Below, in pieces: positions 61,259-64,000 of a stretch of DNA of 64,000 nt. This stretch comes from Basidiobolus meristosporus CBS 931.73 (lineage: Eukaryota > Fungi > Basidiobolomycota): contig MCFE01000312.1 in the NCBI GenBank assembly GCA_002104905.1, forward strand, positions 1 to 64,000, read 5' to 3'. The stretch's first letter is position 1. Every line of letters begins with the position of its first letter. The notes beneath the pieces are model-generated. The model was not told the origin of the DNA. It saw only the letters and a list, made by a program, of their open reading frames with translations, and ran no database searches. Made by a program: the position numbers and the translations under genes.

Positions 61259-63193
61259 TGTGGTAGTATATAGGTTCAAGGGAGAGATACATCCAACATT
61301 TCTCAAGTGTTTTGTGTGTGGGGTATTCACTGGGTGCAATAACATCTGGCAAAAGCTTGCTAGGAATACTTGGGTTCTGTCTCTAATTTAATGTGATGGG
61401 GAATAAAGCCACAAGCTTGTCAAGGAAAAACTATTGAGCTACAATCCCCAACTTAGTTGGCGTCTTAACAAAAGTATGTGCTGGGTTCAGCGTCCTTTGA
61501 GATGAAAATGTACTAAAGCTTCCAAAGTCAAAACAACTGTAATCACCACCAGCAGGGACTTGATAAGAATGCAGCTGTGATCAATGGTTACAAAGACAGA
61601 AAAATATCTTTGCCTGTACAAGAACAAACTTGAGAAAAAATTAAATATAATCAAAGATACCTACTCTGAGTATTCCTCACAAGTAGTGCCTCCAAGGTCA
61701 GTTGGCTGTCAACATGGTTTCCTGGGAGTGTCCTGTGGTCTGGGGTTGGAAGTTCAGGTAGCAGCAGGTAGCAGTGATCACACTGATCAACAAGTTGGTA
61801 TATTGATAAAGGGGATGATGATTCATTGTTGAGGGATATGTAGTAATGGAAAGTATTCCATTGCTACAATATCTCTAAACCAATATTGACCCATTTCTTT
61901 ATTTTGCTTTTTACTATTGTAACACACAAGTGAAAGATCAAGAATTTCCAACTTTAAAGGATAAATGCTCCAGACCTTGATAAGCAATCCACCCAAGAAC
62001 ATTATGTCATACAGAACATGCATTAGCCAACACATGTTTGAAATTACAGCTCATATGAAGCAGTACTCAAGGAGCTATGACCAAAAGAGTCCAATCATTA
62101 TATATACTATGCCTTATTTGCAGGATTACTATGGTCACTTTGATCGCATGTAACTTTTGAACCAACCAATCAAATCATGTTAACTTCTCAAAGGTGCTGT
62201 GCCTATGTCCGATCTGCGCCACTGCAAAGTGTTAGCTTTGTATCATGTGTATTGTTTGCGCAATTTCCCGAAAACTTTGATCCTTCAGAATTTTCATATA
62301 TATGACTTCCCCAGCTGAAAAATAAAGGCAGTACCTCTCTTTCCAGAATCTCCACACTAATATTACAAGTTTAAAGGTTATAAGACTTCCCCCTACATCA
62401 CTTGCACTGTTCAGTATTCTGACTTTGATTGGTACTACATCAGTAAAGAGACTGCAAAGCTTACAAGAGTCCAATGTAAGTTCTACAAGAAACGACCACT
62501 TTTCTGTTGGAAAAGTCCTCCCTAAGAAACCCCTTTACTCTAAAGACACCCCTTTAGACACCCCTTTAAGTCTAAAGACCCCTTTAGAGACCACTACAAG
62601 AAGCCCCTTTACTCTGAAGACACCCCTTTAGACACCCCTTTAGGTCTGAAGACCCCTTTAGAGACTTCTACAACACACCTGTTTAGGTTAAAGGGGAGCT
62701 CAGAATTTCCATATTAGGAAATATTTTCTCAGAAAGGAAAGTGACCACCAAATAAGGAAAAATTACTATAAAAGTAAATAAGCTCATTAGTTGAAAGAAG
62801 GTCAGAACACTGCTGTAGAAGTGATAAACACTGCCTACAGTATACTTTGTGCCTAAGATTGAGGAAATTAGTGAAAATTATATCTTCTATTGGTATATCA
62901 AACTCCCAATAAGCTATTTCAGTAATAGCATACTGGAAGTTGTTGTATGTTGTTGATTAGCCTCTACACTGTAGAACAAGCCCCAAAATAATCATAATAC
63001 AACACAACAGGTAGCCTCCCTTATATACTTTTCTTACTGGCTAAGTGAATACTAATTATGGTGTCCCAGAAGATGGTACTGATCAGGTAAGACAAATGGG
63101 ATAAAACTAAAATAAGGGTAGTAGAGAAATAGGGAAGTAGAAAATATAGGAATGAGCACATCTGTCAGTGGGTATCACTGTGACCCCACTACA
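61259..63193. mobile_element. Solo-LTR-like element L with 4-bp TSD and a ~1.2-kb internal extra segment
   Basis: TGTGGTAG...CCCCACTACA ends; flanks CCGG (61255-61258) and CCAG (63194-63197). The internal segment 61827-63009 has TGTTG...CAACA ends. Confidence 0.8.
62524..62671. repeat. Two 74-bp tandem units, each with four CCCCTTT motifs
   Basis: aagaaacccctttactctaaagacacccctttagacacccctttaagtctaaagacccctttagagaccactac is repeated with few substitutions. Confidence 0.9.
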
Positions 63194-64000
63194 CCAGCCT
63201 TAAGGTGATGGTGCGCCAGACTGCTGATGGCCTCTTGTATATTAGCGCACTCTTCATTATTGCACTCAATGGCGTCACAGATCTTCAATGCTTTTTGATT
63301 TTTAGGCTTTGGTGTAACACCACATTGTCTCCCTCCCACACTGAGATAGGCTTTTCTGTGAGCTTTATCTTTGGGCACTGTTGTTTTGCTTCAAAGACTG
63401 TGTGGTGCTCCCTGCTGTTACATTAGGAAATGACTCAACTCTTGGCTGTAACATTGAGCTACTTGAGTTCCTTCTTTGCAGCGGAGATAATGGTTTCTCT
63501 ACCTGTGATATTGATTGCTCTACACATTATCCGCCCATCCTGCTTCTGAACTATTACCTGATTTCTCCGGCCATTACATCTATCCTATCAGCCACTGTAC
63601 CAAGTTGGTTCATTAATGCTTTGGTATGAGCTGACAACCCACTTGCTAATATGGGTGATGGTGATGTTATCCTGGCCACTTGCTGATCTTGAACTGAGGG
63701 TACTGTGTTTGCTACATTTTCATCTGCTGGAGCATAATGGTGAGTTATGGCTCCACAGAGGCTCTCAATTGCCTACTTGACTAAGAGCCTGAGGAGTCTG
63801 CCTTATTACCTTTGATGGGCACACTGTCAACAGGGCCTTTTTTGGATGTAGCCCTGCTTGTTGCACTGAATTTCAAAGCAAATTGTTGTCCAACAGCTCT
63901 TCTGTTGCTGTTAGTGGTGGGGTTTGGTAGAGAACCACACGGCTTTACTTTATTTGTTGGTGGTATATATATGGAAGTCAGTCAAACCAAAGGGGAAATA

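Larger units (their letters stand above)
59634..64000 (-). mobile_element. Third CACTA copy (right-type terminus plus accessory ORF), interrupted by L and running off the window
   Basis: CCCTATGAAA end at 59634. ORF pieces at 59964-61258 and 63194-64000 rejoin as ...HLKAG/IPWDHQELKAMK... when L is removed. It is an inverted homologue of 53100-54775. Confidence 0.75.

Noticed and set aside
5990-62671. Repeat F or the 71-bp and 74-bp tandems as CRISPR-like arrays
   Set aside because: There is no short constant repeat with unique spacers and no cas genes, and the DNA is eukaryotic.
52710-63193. Idea that the ~110-bp motif ending CCCCACTACA is a terminal inverted repeat or CACTA end of one large element
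   Set aside because: Homology lies upstream of CACTAC, not downstream. The motif is the right end of element L, as shown by its TGT left end, the CCGG/CCAG TSD and the colinear split copy.

Overview
Eukaryotic genomic DNA from a fungus, probably an early-diverging lineage. That placement is inference from short 50-70 nt GT-AG introns, fungal-type orthologues and a bacterial-style CBM5/12 module; Basidiobolus-like is only a guess. The window has two compartments. (1) CpG-normal gene space (about 1-5.1 kb, 8.8-40.8 kb, 43.9-48.2 kb) carries an ADP1-like EGF-ABCG transporter, PRPP synthetase, ceramide glucosyltransferase, VPS74, a WD40 inositol 5-phosphatase with a UBA-like tail, GUA1, KAE1, TIM9, a PHO80/PCL-type cyclin and several hypothetical or secreted proteins. 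It also holds three spliced genes the ORF track misses: an 8-exon GNAT, a COPS9-like microprotein and a small PY-motif membrane protein. An AA11-LPMO/CBM5-12 gene appears broken. (2) AT-rich, strongly CpG-depleted repeat blocks lie at about 6.2-8.7 kb, 40.8-43.8 kb and 48.2-64 kb. The last block resolves into nested transposons. A CACTA/EnSpm element with CCCTATG...CATAGGG ends and a GAA target duplication sits inside a solo-LTR-like element and contains another copy of it. Ty3/gypsy gag-pol and Ty1/copia gag relics are present, and a further solo-LTR-like insertion has a CpG-decayed 4-bp target duplication. An imine-reductase-like gene is decaying exactly at the CpG boundary. No CRISPR, rRNA or intact tRNA was seen. 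I found no convincing novel multi-gene system; the strongest leads are the CpG-decay compartments, the CACTA family with its unknown accessory ORF, an unidentified ~310-bp repeat family and the altered AA11 gene. All analysis was by eye and nothing was searched or computed.
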